From positions 377 through 64,376 of the forward strand of contig NZ_JAPZSY010000052.1 in the NCBI RefSeq assembly GCF_027532025.1: DNA of 64,000 nucleotides. The letters run 5' to 3'. The position numbers and the translations under genes are program-made. Source of the DNA: Inhella sp. Its GTDB lineage: Bacteria > Pseudomonadota > Gammaproteobacteria > Burkholderiales > Burkholderiaceae_C. Within the stretch, counting starts at the first letter, position 1, and each line of letters starts with the position of its first letter. Under the pieces are notes generated by a model. That model searched no databases. It had not been told where the DNA came from and saw nothing but the letters and a program-made list of their open reading frames with translations. Shown piece by piece: positions 9,631 to 18,414 of the stretch.

Positions 9631-10508
9631 GGTACGTCGGACGCTTTGCACCCTCGCCCACCGGGCCGCTGCACGCCGGCTCGGTGGTGGCCGCGTTGGG
9701 CAGTTGGCTGGATGCCCGCGCCCACGACGGGCGTTGGCTGGTGCGCATCGAAGACGTCGATACCCCCCGCTGTCCGGCCGGCACCGACCGGCTCATCCTG
9801 CAGCAGCTGGCCACGCTGGGGCTCACCCCCGACGAGGCGCCCACATGGCAATCCCAGCGCGGGGCGGCTTACCAGAGCGCCTTTGACACGCTGGTGGCCA
9901 ACGACCACGCCTTCCCCTGCGCCTGCACGCGCAAGCAGTTGCACGATGCGCAAGGCCCGCGCGAGCGGCATGGCGAACTCGTCTACCCCGGCACCTGCCG
10001 CCCCGAGCGCGGGGGCCTGAGGGGGCAGCCGCCCCGCGCTTGGCGCTTTCGCGTGCCCGCGGGCTTGGTGCACTGGCGCGACCGCGCCCTGGGCCCTCAG
10101 CAGCAAGACGTGGCGGCCGAGGTGGGCGATTTCGTGCTCCGGCGTGCCGACGGCCTGTGGGCTTACCAATTGGCCGTGGTGGTGGACGACGGCGCCCAGG
10201 GCATCACCCACGTGGTGCGCGGTGCCGACCTGGCCGACAACACGCCCCGCCAGATCCTGCTGCAGCGCGCCTTGTCGCTGCCCCAGCCCGAGTACCTGCA
10301 CCTGCCCTTGGTGCTGGCTGCCGATGGCCAAAAACTCAGCAAACAAACCGGTGCCGCTGCGGTCGCCCTTGACGAGCCCCTGGCCGCTTTGCAGGCGGCG
10401 GGCGCCGTGCTGGGCTTGCCGCGCTTGGACGCCCGCACCCAGCACGACTGGCTGGGCGAGGCCGTGAACGCCTGGCCTTGGCGACCCAAGGACAATCGCG
10501 CCCTTTGA
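9627..10508 (+). CDS. gluQ: Glutamyl-Q tRNA(Asp) synthetase (GluQRS)
   Basis: The TTG at 9627 overlaps the LysR stop (TTGA). The product starts [18 protein letters not shown] (HIGH-like) and carries KLSKQ (KMSKS-like). The long upstream extension of ORF 9216.. overlaps LysR and is rejected. Confidence 0.82.
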   Translation: MRYVGRFAPSPTGPLHAGSVVAALGSWLDARAHDGRWLVRIEDVDTPRCPAGTDRLILQQLATLGLTPDEAPTWQSQRGAAYQSAFDTLVANDHAFPCACTRKQLHDAQGPRERHGELVYPGTCRPERGGLRGQPPRAWRFRVPAGLVHWRDRALGPQQQDVAAEVGDFVLRRADGLWAYQLAVVVDDGAQGITHVVRGADLADNTPRQILLQRALSLPQPEYLHLPLVLAADGQKLSKQTGAAAVALDEPLAALQAAGAVLGLPRLDARTQHDWLGEAVNAWPWRPKDNRAL

Positions 10509-10531
10509 ACCCCCACCCACGGACCTTTTCC

Positions 10532-11254
10532 ATGAACACCACCGACAGCGGCCTGCAATTCGACGACACCCAACTCGGCATCGGCGCCGTGGCCTTGGCC
10601 GGCTGCGACGTGCAGGTGCACTACACCGGCTGGCTGTGGACCGACGGCCAACGCGGCGCCAAGTTCGACTCCAGCCATGACCGCCGCGAACCTTTTGAGT
10701 TCGAGCTGGGCGGCGGCATGGTCATCCGCGGCTGGGACGAAGGCGTGCAAGGCATGAAGGTCGGCGGCAAGCGCACGCTGCGCATCCCACCGCAACTGGG
10801 CTACGGCGCACGCGGCGCCGGTGGTGTCATTCCCCCCAACGCCACGCTGGAATTCGAGGTCGAGTTGCTGGCCGTTTCGGGCGGGCCCGTCACGCTGGAC
10901 TTCCCCTTCCAGACCACGGCCAGCGGCCTGCAGTTCCACGACGTGGCGCCCGGCACCGGTGCCGAAGCCCAGGCCGGCCGCACGGTGCGCGTGCATTACA
11001 CCGGCTGGCTGTGGAAGGACGGCGCACGGACCAAGAGGTTCGACAGCAGCAAGGACCGCGGGCAGCCCTTCCACTTCCGCCTCGGTGCCGGCGAGGTCAT
11101 CCGCGGCTGGGACGAAGGCGTGCAGGGCATGAAAGAAGGCGGCACCCGCGTGCTCATCATCCCGGCCGAGCTGGGCTATGGCAGCCGCGGCGCTGGCGGT
11201 GTGATCCCCCCGAACGCCACGCTGTGCTTCGAGGTGGAGTTGCTCAAGGTGTGA
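10532..11254 (+). CDS. FKBP-type peptidyl-prolyl cis-trans isomerase, two tandem FKBP domains
   Basis: ATG at 10532 (MNTTDSGLQF). Two very similar copies of VHYTGWLW..G..FDSS.DR..PF.F.LG.G.VIRGWDEGVQGMK.GG.R...IP..LGYG.RGAGGVIPPNATL.FEVELL. Confidence 0.9.
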   Translation: MNTTDSGLQFDDTQLGIGAVALAGCDVQVHYTGWLWTDGQRGAKFDSSHDRREPFEFELGGGMVIRGWDEGVQGMKVGGKRTLRIPPQLGYGARGAGGVIPPNATLEFEVELLAVSGGPVTLDFPFQTTASGLQFHDVAPGTGAEAQAGRTVRVHYTGWLWKDGARTKRFDSSKDRGQPFHFRLGAGEVIRGWDEGVQGMKEGGTRVLIIPAELGYGSRGAGGVIPPNATLCFEVELLKV

Positions 11255-11270
11255 GGGGGCGCCGGCGGGT

Positions 11271-11951
11271 TCAGCCCGGCGCCACCAAGCGCCGCAGGAC
11301 GCTCACCGCCTCCACCCCCGCCGGCGTGACGATCCACACCAGCGCCAGCAGGTTCAGGGCCACCATCGCCCAAGTCCAGCGCAAAAAGGCCGGCTTGGCC
11401 GTCTTGTGCCGGAACACCTGCTGAGCCAGCAAGGCACCGGGCCAGCCACCCATCAGCGCGACGAGGTGCAGCGAGGTTTCCGCCACGCGGGCGCGGCCCC
11501 GCTTGGCGGCCCATTTGTCCATGCCATACACGATGAACAGCGCCATGGACAGCGCGCCGTACAGCGTGGTCACGGCGCGTGGCATCGGCCACGCCGTGTG
11601 AATGGCCCCCAGCAGCAGACCGAAGGCCGGAATGATGAGCAAGCGCGCGCTGTTGGGGCCACGCGGGCGATGGGCCTCAGACCGGGGCACGCGCACTGGC
11701 TGGGCCTGGGAACGCGGAGGGGGCCGCAGGCTGTGCACCGCCTTGGCCATACCGTCGCGCGGCGTGTAACGCACGGGCTCACCCACTTGGGGGTCGCCGC
11801 GGGCCTGAAGCCGGCCTTGGAAGTCCGCACGGCGCAGCACCAAGCGCTCGCCGCCGGCATCGGGCTGCACAAAGCCCAAGCCCTTGGCGGCGTCCCAGTG
11901 TGAGACACGGCCAAGGGCTTGGGGGGTGGACGCGGGGCGGGACTGGCGCAT
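11271..11951 (-). CDS. Cold-shock-like domain / DUF1294 membrane protein fusion
   Basis: The N-terminus is GRVSHWDAAKGLGFVQPDAGGERLVL (CSD-like). The C-terminal hydrophobic half (YGMDKWAAKRGRARVAETSLHLVALMGGWPGALLAQQVFRHKT) is typical of DUF1294. Confidence 0.72.
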   Translation of the reverse strand: MRQSRPASTPQALGRVSHWDAAKGLGFVQPDAGGERLVLRRADFQGRLQARGDPQVGEPVRYTPRDGMAKAVHSLRPPPRSQAQPVRVPRSEAHRPRGPNSARLLIIPAFGLLLGAIHTAWPMPRAVTTLYGALSMALFIVYGMDKWAAKRGRARVAETSLHLVALMGGWPGALLAQQVFRHKTAKPAFLRWTWAMVALNLLALVWIVTPAGVEAVSVLRRLVAPG

Positions 11952-11980
11952 CCCCGCAGGTTAATCAATCGCCGAGTCGA

Positions 11981-13786
11981 TCACTCTTCGCGACGACGCG
12001 GGCCGCGCGGGGCACCGAAACCGCCTTCACGTCGTTCGCCGCCGAAGGAGGGCTTGCGGTCGCCGAACGGCGGACGGTCACCCCCAAACGGCTTGCGATC
12101 GCCGTACTGCGGGCGGTCACCACCAAAGGGCTTGCGGTCGCCGAACGACGGGCGGTCGCCGCCGAAGGGCTTGCGGTCGCCGTACTGCGGACGGTCGCCG
12201 CCAAACGGCTTGCGGTCGCCGAACGGCGGACGGTCGCCGCCGAAGGGCTTGCGGTCGCCGTACTGCGGGCGGTCGCCACCGAACGGCTTGCGGTCGCCGA
12301 ACGGCGGACGGTCGCCCGCGAACGGCTTGCGGTCGCCGTACTGCGGGCGGTCACCCCCATCGTGCACCGGACGGCCGTCGCGGCCGGCAAAGGGCTTGCG
12401 GTCGCCGAACGGCGGGCGGTCGGCGCCGTAGGCGGGGCGCTCGTCGCGCTGCCAGCGTGGGCCGCCCTTGTTGAAGGTGCGGCGATCGCCGCCGTCAAAC
12501 TCGCGGCGCAAGCCGCGGTCGGTGAAGATCACCGGATCGGGTTTCTTGGGCTCCAGGCCCTCGATGCGCGACGGCGTGAGGGTGTCCTTGGTGTAGGCCT
12601 GCAGACGACGCAGGCGGGGCAGGTCTTCGCGCAGGGCCAGGGTCACGGCCAGGCCGGTGCGGCCGGCGCGGCCGGTGCGACCGATGCGGTGCACATAGTC
12701 CTCGGCCTTCATGGGCAAGCCCACGTTGATGACATGGCTGATGGTGGGCACGTCGATGCCGCGGGCGGCCACGTCGGTGGCCACCAGCACGCGCAACTCG
12801 CGGCGGCGCAGGCCCATCAAGGTGCGGTTGCGTTTGCCCTGCGGCATGCCGCCGTGCAACGCGGCGACAGCGTGGCCGAGTTCAGCCAGCTGGTAGGCCA
12901 TCTGCTCAGCCTCCACTTGGGTGCCGGCGAACACCACGGCCTGGTCCACGGCAGCATCGGCCAGCAGGTGCTCCAACAAGGCGGCACGGTGCATGGGGTG
13001 ATCGGCCCAGTGCAGGCGCTGCTCGATCTGGGCCTTCTGCTCGGGGGCGCTGGCCACCTCGATGCGCTGGGGCTGGTTCAGCAGGTCCTGGGCCAGGGTG
13101 CCCACGCGGCCATCGAAGGTGGCGCTGAACATCACCGTCTGGCGCGGCGCGGGCAGCATCGCGGCGATGGCTTCGATGTCCTCGATGAAACCCAGGTCCA
13201 GCATGCGGTCGGCTTCGTCCAGCACCAGGGTCTTGATCTCGGTCAGCAGGGCCGGCACTTGGGCGGCGATGTCCTGCAGGCGGCCTGGGGTGGCGATGAC
13301 GATGTCGGCGCCGGCGCGCAGGCGCTGCAACTGGGCCGGGTAAGGCATGCCGCCCACGATGGTGGCCACCGACAGGTGCGGCACCACGCGGCCGAGTTGG
13401 ATGGCCATTTGCGCGACTTGCTGTGCCAGCTCGCGGGTGGGGGCCAGCACCAGGCCGATGGGGTTGACGGGAGTGGCGGCAAAGCGCGCCGCGCCTCGAG
13501 TGCCGCGGTTGCCACGCTGGTGGCGGCCGCTGGCGTGGAAGCTGCGGCCAGGCATGGCTGCAGGCACCTGGTCGGGGTGACTCTCACGGCGTGCCAGCAC
13601 TTGCGCCAGCATGGGCAACAAGAAGGCAGCCGTCTTGCCGCTGCCGGTGCGGCTGCTGACCATCAAGTCGGTGCCCGCCAGCCCCAAGGGGATGGCGCAC
13701 GCTTGCACCTCGGTGGCTTCGGTGTAGCCAGCATCGGCGACGGCGGTGAGCAGGGGTTGGGGCAGGCCCAGGTTTTCAAACGACAT
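11981..13786 (-). CDS. ATP-dependent DEAD-box RNA helicase (RhlE-like) with repetitive Arg/Asp/Gly/Pro tail
   Basis: ATG at 13786 (MSFENLGLPQPLL). Helicase motifs are present: SRTGSGKT, VLDEADRMLD, SAT, HRIGRTGRAG. The C-terminus holds about 9 copies of GDRKPFGGDRP(QY/PF). Confidence 0.92.
   Translation of the reverse strand: MSFENLGLPQPLLTAVADAGYTEATEVQACAIPLGLAGTDLMVSSRTGSGKTAAFLLPMLAQVLARRESHPDQVPAAMPGRSFHASGRHQRGNRGTRGAARFAATPVNPIGLVLAPTRELAQQVAQMAIQLGRVVPHLSVATIVGGMPYPAQLQRLRAGADIVIATPGRLQDIAAQVPALLTEIKTLVLDEADRMLDLGFIEDIEAIAAMLPAPRQTVMFSATFDGRVGTLAQDLLNQPQRIEVASAPEQKAQIEQRLHWADHPMHRAALLEHLLADAAVDQAVVFAGTQVEAEQMAYQLAELGHAVAALHGGMPQGKRNRTLMGLRRRELRVLVATDVAARGIDVPTISHVINVGLPMKAEDYVHRIGRTGRAGRTGLAVTLALREDLPRLRRLQAYTKDTLTPSRIEGLEPKKPDPVIFTDRGLRREFDGGDRRTFNKGGPRWQRDERPAYGADRPPFGDRKPFAGRDGRPVHDGGDRPQYGDRKPFAGDRPPFGDRKPFGGDRPQYGDRKPFGGDRPPFGDRKPFGGDRPQYGDRKPFGGDRPSFGDRKPFGGDRPQYGDRKPFGGDRPPFGDRKPSFGGERREGGFGAPRGPRRREE
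12044..12425. repeat. 39-bp tandem repeat (8 consecutive units plus one displaced) inside the helicase 3' end
   Basis: The core CTTGCGGTCGCC recurs at 12053, 12092, 12131, 12170, 12209, 12248, 12287 and 12326 (exact 39-nt period), and again at 12395. In frame, alternating QY/PF variants give a 78-bp super-period. Confidence 0.9.
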
Positions 13787-14144
13787 GAACAGCTTTCTGA
13801 CTCGCGAACACGCCCGCGCCCGGCCTCCTGGGTCGGCGCAAGCAAAGGCTCGGCAACACGCCGGCCCAGGTGGGGTCGCAAACAACTCCGAGGGCCACTC
13901 ACAGGCCCCAACGGTGCGACGGCATCGCCGCCGACCGAAAACCCGCTGGGAAGCGGGAGAGCGCCAAACGGGGCGCTCCAGGAGGAGTCAGAGGAGATGA
14001 ACGAATCGCGCCGGGAGCGAGTACCCACCGGCGCGAGGCGCGAACTGTAACACTGGGGTTAACCCGAAATCCAGTCCTTCAAGAGATTTTTTCGACTTCG
14101 ATCGGCACGTCGCAAGGCGGGCTCCTGGTGCCGACAGGCACTGC

Positions 14145-15041
14145 TCAACCGCCGCTGCGCAGCGCGGCGCGAAGCTGCGCGCCGATTTCCGGGTGATCGC
14201 CGAAAGGGTCGCCCGGGTTGCGCCCCGCCAACACCTCTTCGGCCCGCTGCATCACCGGCGCCAGCGCCTGCGGGTGGCTGAAGATCCAGAAACGCTGGCT
14301 GCGCACGGCATCCAGCACCAGGCGGGCGACGTCGGCGGCACTGAGCTTGCCACTGGTCACCGCTTTGCTGCTCATGGCGTGCGCGATGCGCTGGCTGGCG
14401 GTGGGGCGCGCCAGGTCCTCAGGCGCGCGGTTGCGGTGGCTGTTGGCGATGCCCGTGGGCACGAAGTAGGGGCACAAGACGCTGGCGTGAACTTGGTCGG
14501 TGACCAGGCTCAGGTCATGGTGGAGCGTTTCGCTCAGGCTCACGACGGCGTGTTTGCTGACGTTGTAGACGCCAAAGTTCGGCGCATCGAGCATGCCCGC
14601 CATGCTGGCGGTGTTGACGATGTGACCGCGGTAGCCCGGGTCGGCCTGCGCCGCGGCGAGCATCATGGGCGTGAACAGGCGCACGCCGTGCACCACACCC
14701 ATCAGGTTGACGCCCATGACCCAATCCCAATCGCTGGCGCGAGCCTCCCAAATCAAGCCGCCAAAGGCCACGCCGGCGTTGTTGAACACCAGGTGCGGCG
14801 CGCCGAAGCGGGCTTGCACGGCGGCGGCCAGGGTTTCCATCTCGGCGGCGCTGCTCACGTCCACACGCTGGGCCATGGGCTTGCAGGCGGCCAACTCGTC
14901 GGCGGCGCGGGCCAGGGCGTCGGCCTGTACGTCCACCAACACCAAGTTCATGCCTTCGGCGGCGCACAGCCGCGCCAGCTCCAGGCCAAAGCCACTGCCG
15001 GCACCGGTGATAACAGCCGTCTTGTTCTTCCAATCCATCAC
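14145..15041 (-). CDS. Short-chain dehydrogenase/reductase (SDR)
   Basis: TAVITGAGSGFG (TGxxxGxG), NNAGV, YNVSKHAV (YxxxK). The GTG/ATG start overlaps the stop of the upstream GNAT gene. Confidence 0.88.
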   Translation of the reverse strand: MMDWKNKTAVITGAGSGFGLELARLCAAEGMNLVLVDVQADALARAADELAACKPMAQRVDVSSAAEMETLAAAVQARFGAPHLVFNNAGVAFGGLIWEARASDWDWVMGVNLMGVVHGVRLFTPMMLAAAQADPGYRGHIVNTASMAGMLDAPNFGVYNVSKHAVVSLSETLHHDLSLVTDQVHASVLCPYFVPTGIANSHRNRAPEDLARPTASQRIAHAMSSKAVTSGKLSAADVARLVLDAVRSQRFWIFSHPQALAPVMQRAEEVLAGRNPGDPFGDHPEIGAQLRAALRSGG

Positions 15042-15502
15042 GATCGTTCTCCAGAAGGGCGGTGCATTTCAACGTGGGGGATGCCGTCTTCGATCAATTC
15101 CTCGCCCACGGCGACGAAACCCGCCCGGGCGTACAGGCCCTGCAGGTGCGATTGCGCAAACAAACCGATGGCTTGCTCCGGCCAAACGGCGTCGCATTGG
15201 GCCACGGCCCGACGCACGAGTTCGTGCCCCAGCCCGATGCCACGCACCTCCGGCGCCACGATGACGCGGCCGATGAGCGGACGTGGGCCCTTGAGGCCGG
15301 GGGGCAGGACGCGAGCGTAGGCGTGCAGGGCCTCACCCTGCCAAGCCATCAGGTGCAAGGCGTGCTCATCCAGGCCGTCGATGTCGGGGTAGATGCAGCG
15401 CTGCTCCACCACGAAGACCTCGCTGCGCAGGCGCAGCACCGCGTACAGCGCACCGGTGCTCAGCCCGTCAAAGGCTCGCCATTCCCAGTGAGAGAGGATC
15501 AC
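15038..15502 (-). CDS. elaA: GNAT N-acetyltransferase, ElaA-like
   Basis: The GTG at 15502 overlaps the acyl-CoA dehydrogenase stop (GTGA). The 154-aa product has an ElaA-like core (LRSEVFVVEQRCIYPDIDG, GRVIVAPEVRGIGLGHELV). The longer ORF extension to 15673 overlaps the ACAD gene and is rejected. Confidence 0.78.
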   Translation of the reverse strand: MILSHWEWRAFDGLSTGALYAVLRLRSEVFVVEQRCIYPDIDGLDEHALHLMAWQGEALHAYARVLPPGLKGPRPLIGRVIVAPEVRGIGLGHELVRRAVAQCDAVWPEQAIGLFAQSHLQGLYARAGFVAVGEELIEDGIPHVEMHRPSGERS

Positions 15503-17265
15503 AAGACCTCGGCATCCAGATCGGCCAGCACGCGGCAGCGCGCCAAAATCGGGGCCAACCAAGCGGCCACCAAAGGCAGCTCGTAGGCCATGAAGTAGGC
15601 ACAGGCGGCGCGGTGACCCGCCTGCAATGGATGGGCGGGCGGCGTGCGCAGCGCGAGGTCCAGCCACACCCATGCCAAAACCAGGTGCCCAAAGGCCTGC
15701 AGGTAGGGCGTGCCGTGCACTGCCGCCTGTGCGGGGTCGGCCGACGCCCAGGCGGCCTTGGTGGCCGCCCCCACCTGGGCCAGCGCAGCGGCCACTTGGT
15801 TGGCCCAGTCGGCCAGGTCGGGCTGCTGCATTGCTGCCTGCACGGTGTTGTTGATGCGGCCAGCCAGCAGTTGCAAGGCTTGCGGCTGCGAGGCTTTACG
15901 GATCAGCAGGTCCAGGCCCTGGATGCCGTGCGTGCCCTCGTGGATCATGTTCAGGCGGTTGTCGCGCCAGTATTGCTCGAGGGGCCAGTCGCGCGTGTAG
16001 CCGGCGCCGCCCAACACCTGGATGGCCAGGCTGTTGGCCTCCAGGCCCCATTGGCTGGGCCAGCTCTTGGCCACGGGGATGAGCAAGCCCAACAAAACCG
16101 AGGCCTCCGCGGCCTGCGGGCCCGCACTGCGTTGCTCATCCACCAGCCGGGCGCAGTAGAGGTTGAGGGCCAGCGCACCTTCGGCGATGGCCTTCTGCGC
16201 CAGCAGCATGCGCTTGACGTCGGCGTGCTGCACGATGGGCACGGGCGAGCCGCCGCGCTGCCCCACCGACCGCCCCTGCGTGCGGTCCTTGGCGTAGGCC
16301 AAGGATGCCTCGTAGCCGGCCATGGCCAGCATGGCGGCGCTCAAGCCCACGCCGATACGGGCCTCGTTCATCATGTGGAACATGCAGGCCAGGCCCTGGC
16401 CTTCGGCGCCCACGCGGTAGCCGATGGCCGGCGCCGACTCGCCGAAGTTCAACAGGCAATTGCTGGTGCCGCGCCAGCCGAGCTTGTGGTTCAGGCCCAC
16501 GAGGCTGACGCCATTGCGCTCGCCGGTGAGCGCGCCGTCGGCGTCCACGCTCCACTTGGGCACGATGAACAGGCTGATGCCGCCACTGCCCTCGGGCAGG
16601 CGACCATCGGCCTGGGGCACTTTGGCCAGCACGAGGTGGACGATGTTCTCGCTCAGCTCGTGCTCGCCCGCGCTGATCCACATCTTGCTGCCCTTGAGCC
16701 GGTAACGGGGCCCGAGCGGGTGGAGGGCGTCGTCAGGCTCGGCGCGGGTGGTGATGTCGCCCAGCGAGGAGCCGATGGCCGGCTCGCTCAGGCACATGGT
16801 GCCCATCCACTGGCCGGTGAGCTCGCGGGCCGCGAACACCTCGCGCTGCTTGGGCGTGCCGTGCGCCAAGATGAGGCTGGCGTTGCCGCTCGTCAGCAGC
16901 GTGTAACCACCGCAGCCCACGCTGGCCTTGCTGAAGAAGGCATTGCCCGCCATCTCGACCACGCAGGGCAACTGCAAGCCGCCATGCTCGGCGTCCTGGC
17001 TGGCGGCTTGCATGCCGGTCTCGAAGTAGGCCTTGACTGCAGTCGCCGTGCTGGCGGGCAGCACCACGCGCCCCTCGGCATCCACCCGAGGCTCCTCGAC
17101 GTCGCAGGCGCGATTGGCGGGCGCAAAGCGCTCGACGGCCACGCGCTCGCAGGTGTCGAGCACCTGGGCCAAGGTTTCGGGGCTGTGGTCGGCGTAGCGC
17201 TCGCGCTCGCACAGCGCGCCGGCTTGCAACCAGTCGAACACCAAAAAATCAACGGTGGCGCGCAT
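15499..17265 (-). CDS. Acyl-CoA dehydrogenase (long form, about 590 aa, with extra C-terminal domain)
   Basis: 588 aa with ACAD motifs (GTMCLSEPAIGSSLGD, GLNHKLGWRGTSN, GGAGYTRDWPLEQYWRDNR). Confidence 0.9.
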   Translation of the reverse strand: MRATVDFLVFDWLQAGALCERERYADHSPETLAQVLDTCERVAVERFAPANRACDVEEPRVDAEGRVVLPASTATAVKAYFETGMQAASQDAEHGGLQLPCVVEMAGNAFFSKASVGCGGYTLLTSGNASLILAHGTPKQREVFAARELTGQWMGTMCLSEPAIGSSLGDITTRAEPDDALHPLGPRYRLKGSKMWISAGEHELSENIVHLVLAKVPQADGRLPEGSGGISLFIVPKWSVDADGALTGERNGVSLVGLNHKLGWRGTSNCLLNFGESAPAIGYRVGAEGQGLACMFHMMNEARIGVGLSAAMLAMAGYEASLAYAKDRTQGRSVGQRGGSPVPIVQHADVKRMLLAQKAIAEGALALNLYCARLVDEQRSAGPQAAEASVLLGLLIPVAKSWPSQWGLEANSLAIQVLGGAGYTRDWPLEQYWRDNRLNMIHEGTHGIQGLDLLIRKASQPQALQLLAGRINNTVQAAMQQPDLADWANQVAAALAQVGAATKAAWASADPAQAAVHGTPYLQAFGHLVLAWVWLDLALRTPPAHPLQAGHRAACAYFMAYELPLVAAWLAPILARCRVLADLDAEVL

Positions 17266-17283
17266 GGGTGAACCTGCTGGGCG

Positions 17284-18369
17284 TCAACGCAGTCGGAACT
17301 GGCCCACCAGCTCGTTCAAGCGAGCGGCCTGGCCTTTCAGGCTGTCGGCAGCGGCAGCCCCCTCTTCCACCAGGGCGGCGTTCTGCTGCATGGCTTGGTC
17401 GAGGCGGTCCACCGAGTCGGCGATGCCTTGCAGCCCCGTGCTTTGGGTGCGGGCCATTTGCGTGGCGTCGGCAATCAGCGAGGCCACGCGCTCGACGGCG
17501 CTCACCACCTCCTCCATGCGGGCGCCGGCGTTGTTCACCAAGCTGCTGCCCGTGTCCACCTGTTCGACCGAGCTGGTGATCAGGCTCTTGATCTCCTTGG
17601 CCGCTTCGGCGCTGCGTTGGGCCAGGCTGCGCACCTCGCCCGCCACGACGGCAAACCCACGGCCTTGCTCGCCCGCGCGGGCGGCCTCCACGGCAGCGTT
17701 CAGCGCCAGGATGTTGGTTTGGAAGGCAATGCCGTCGATGACGCCGATGATGTCGGCGATCTTGCGGCTGGATTGGCTGACGCCACTCATGGCCGACACC
17801 GCCTGCGACACCACGCTACCGCCTTCGCGCGCCAAGCCGCTGGTGTTTTGGCTCAAGGTGGCGGCCTCGCTCATGGCGTCGGAGCTGTGGCGGGCGGCTT
17901 CGGTCATCTCCCGCAGGGCGCTGGCGCACGCTTGCAGGTCGGCGCTGCCTTGCTCGGTGCGCTGGCTCAGGTCGAGGTTGCCCGCGGCGATTTCGGAGGC
18001 AGCGGTGTTGACCTGATCGGCTCCGTCGCGCAGGGTGCCCATCATGGTGCGCAGGCGCTCCTGCAAGCCCTGCATCGTGCCCAGGCCGGCGCGCGTGGTC
18101 GGGTTGCCGAACTCGGGGACGTCGTCGGTGAGGTCGCCATGCCCCATGCGTTCAGCACCGGCCATCAAGGTCTCGACGAAGCGCCCCGTGCCGCTCGCAC
18201 TGTCCAAGTAAAGCCAGAGCATGAGCCCACCGATCAGGAGACTGCCCCCGATGAGCCAGAGCGCGCTCCAACCCAACAACACCCCCACCACGATGTAGGC
18301 CTGCAAACCGAGGTTCAAAGCCACTTGCAACGCCACGCGCTGCTTGAGAGACAGGCTGTCAAAAATCAT
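17284..18369 (-). CDS. Methyl-accepting chemotaxis protein lacking a periplasmic sensor domain
   Basis: The ATG at 18369 has GAGGAG 6 nt upstream. The N-terminus is a hydrophobic hairpin with essentially no loop, followed by a HAMP-like linker and then the highly conserved MCP tip [41 protein letters not shown]. Confidence 0.9.
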   Translation of the reverse strand: MIFDSLSLKQRVALQVALNLGLQAYIVVGVLLGWSALWLIGGSLLIGGLMLWLYLDSASGTGRFVETLMAGAERMGHGDLTDDVPEFGNPTTRAGLGTMQGLQERLRTMMGTLRDGADQVNTAASEIAAGNLDLSQRTEQGSADLQACASALREMTEAARHSSDAMSEAATLSQNTSGLAREGGSVVSQAVSAMSGVSQSSRKIADIIGVIDGIAFQTNILALNAAVEAARAGEQGRGFAVVAGEVRSLAQRSAEAAKEIKSLITSSVEQVDTGSSLVNNAGARMEEVVSAVERVASLIADATQMARTQSTGLQGIADSVDRLDQAMQQNAALVEEGAAAADSLKGQAARLNELVGQFRLR

Positions 18370-18414
18370 GCGGATCTCCTCAGGGGTTCAAGGGGGATGA
18401 CGGGGGCTGCGGGC

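Noticed and set aside
12044-12425. Regular 39-bp repeat considered as a possible CRISPR array
   Set aside because: The units are contiguous with no unique spacers. They lie in frame inside the helicase CDS and encode a peptide repeat. No cas genes are present.
11900-14050. 716-aa + strand ORF and the repetitive 170-177-aa ORFs over 11919-12498
   Set aside because: They are antisense or out-of-frame shadows of the DEAD-box helicase gene. Their periodicity simply mirrors the 39-bp coding repeat.
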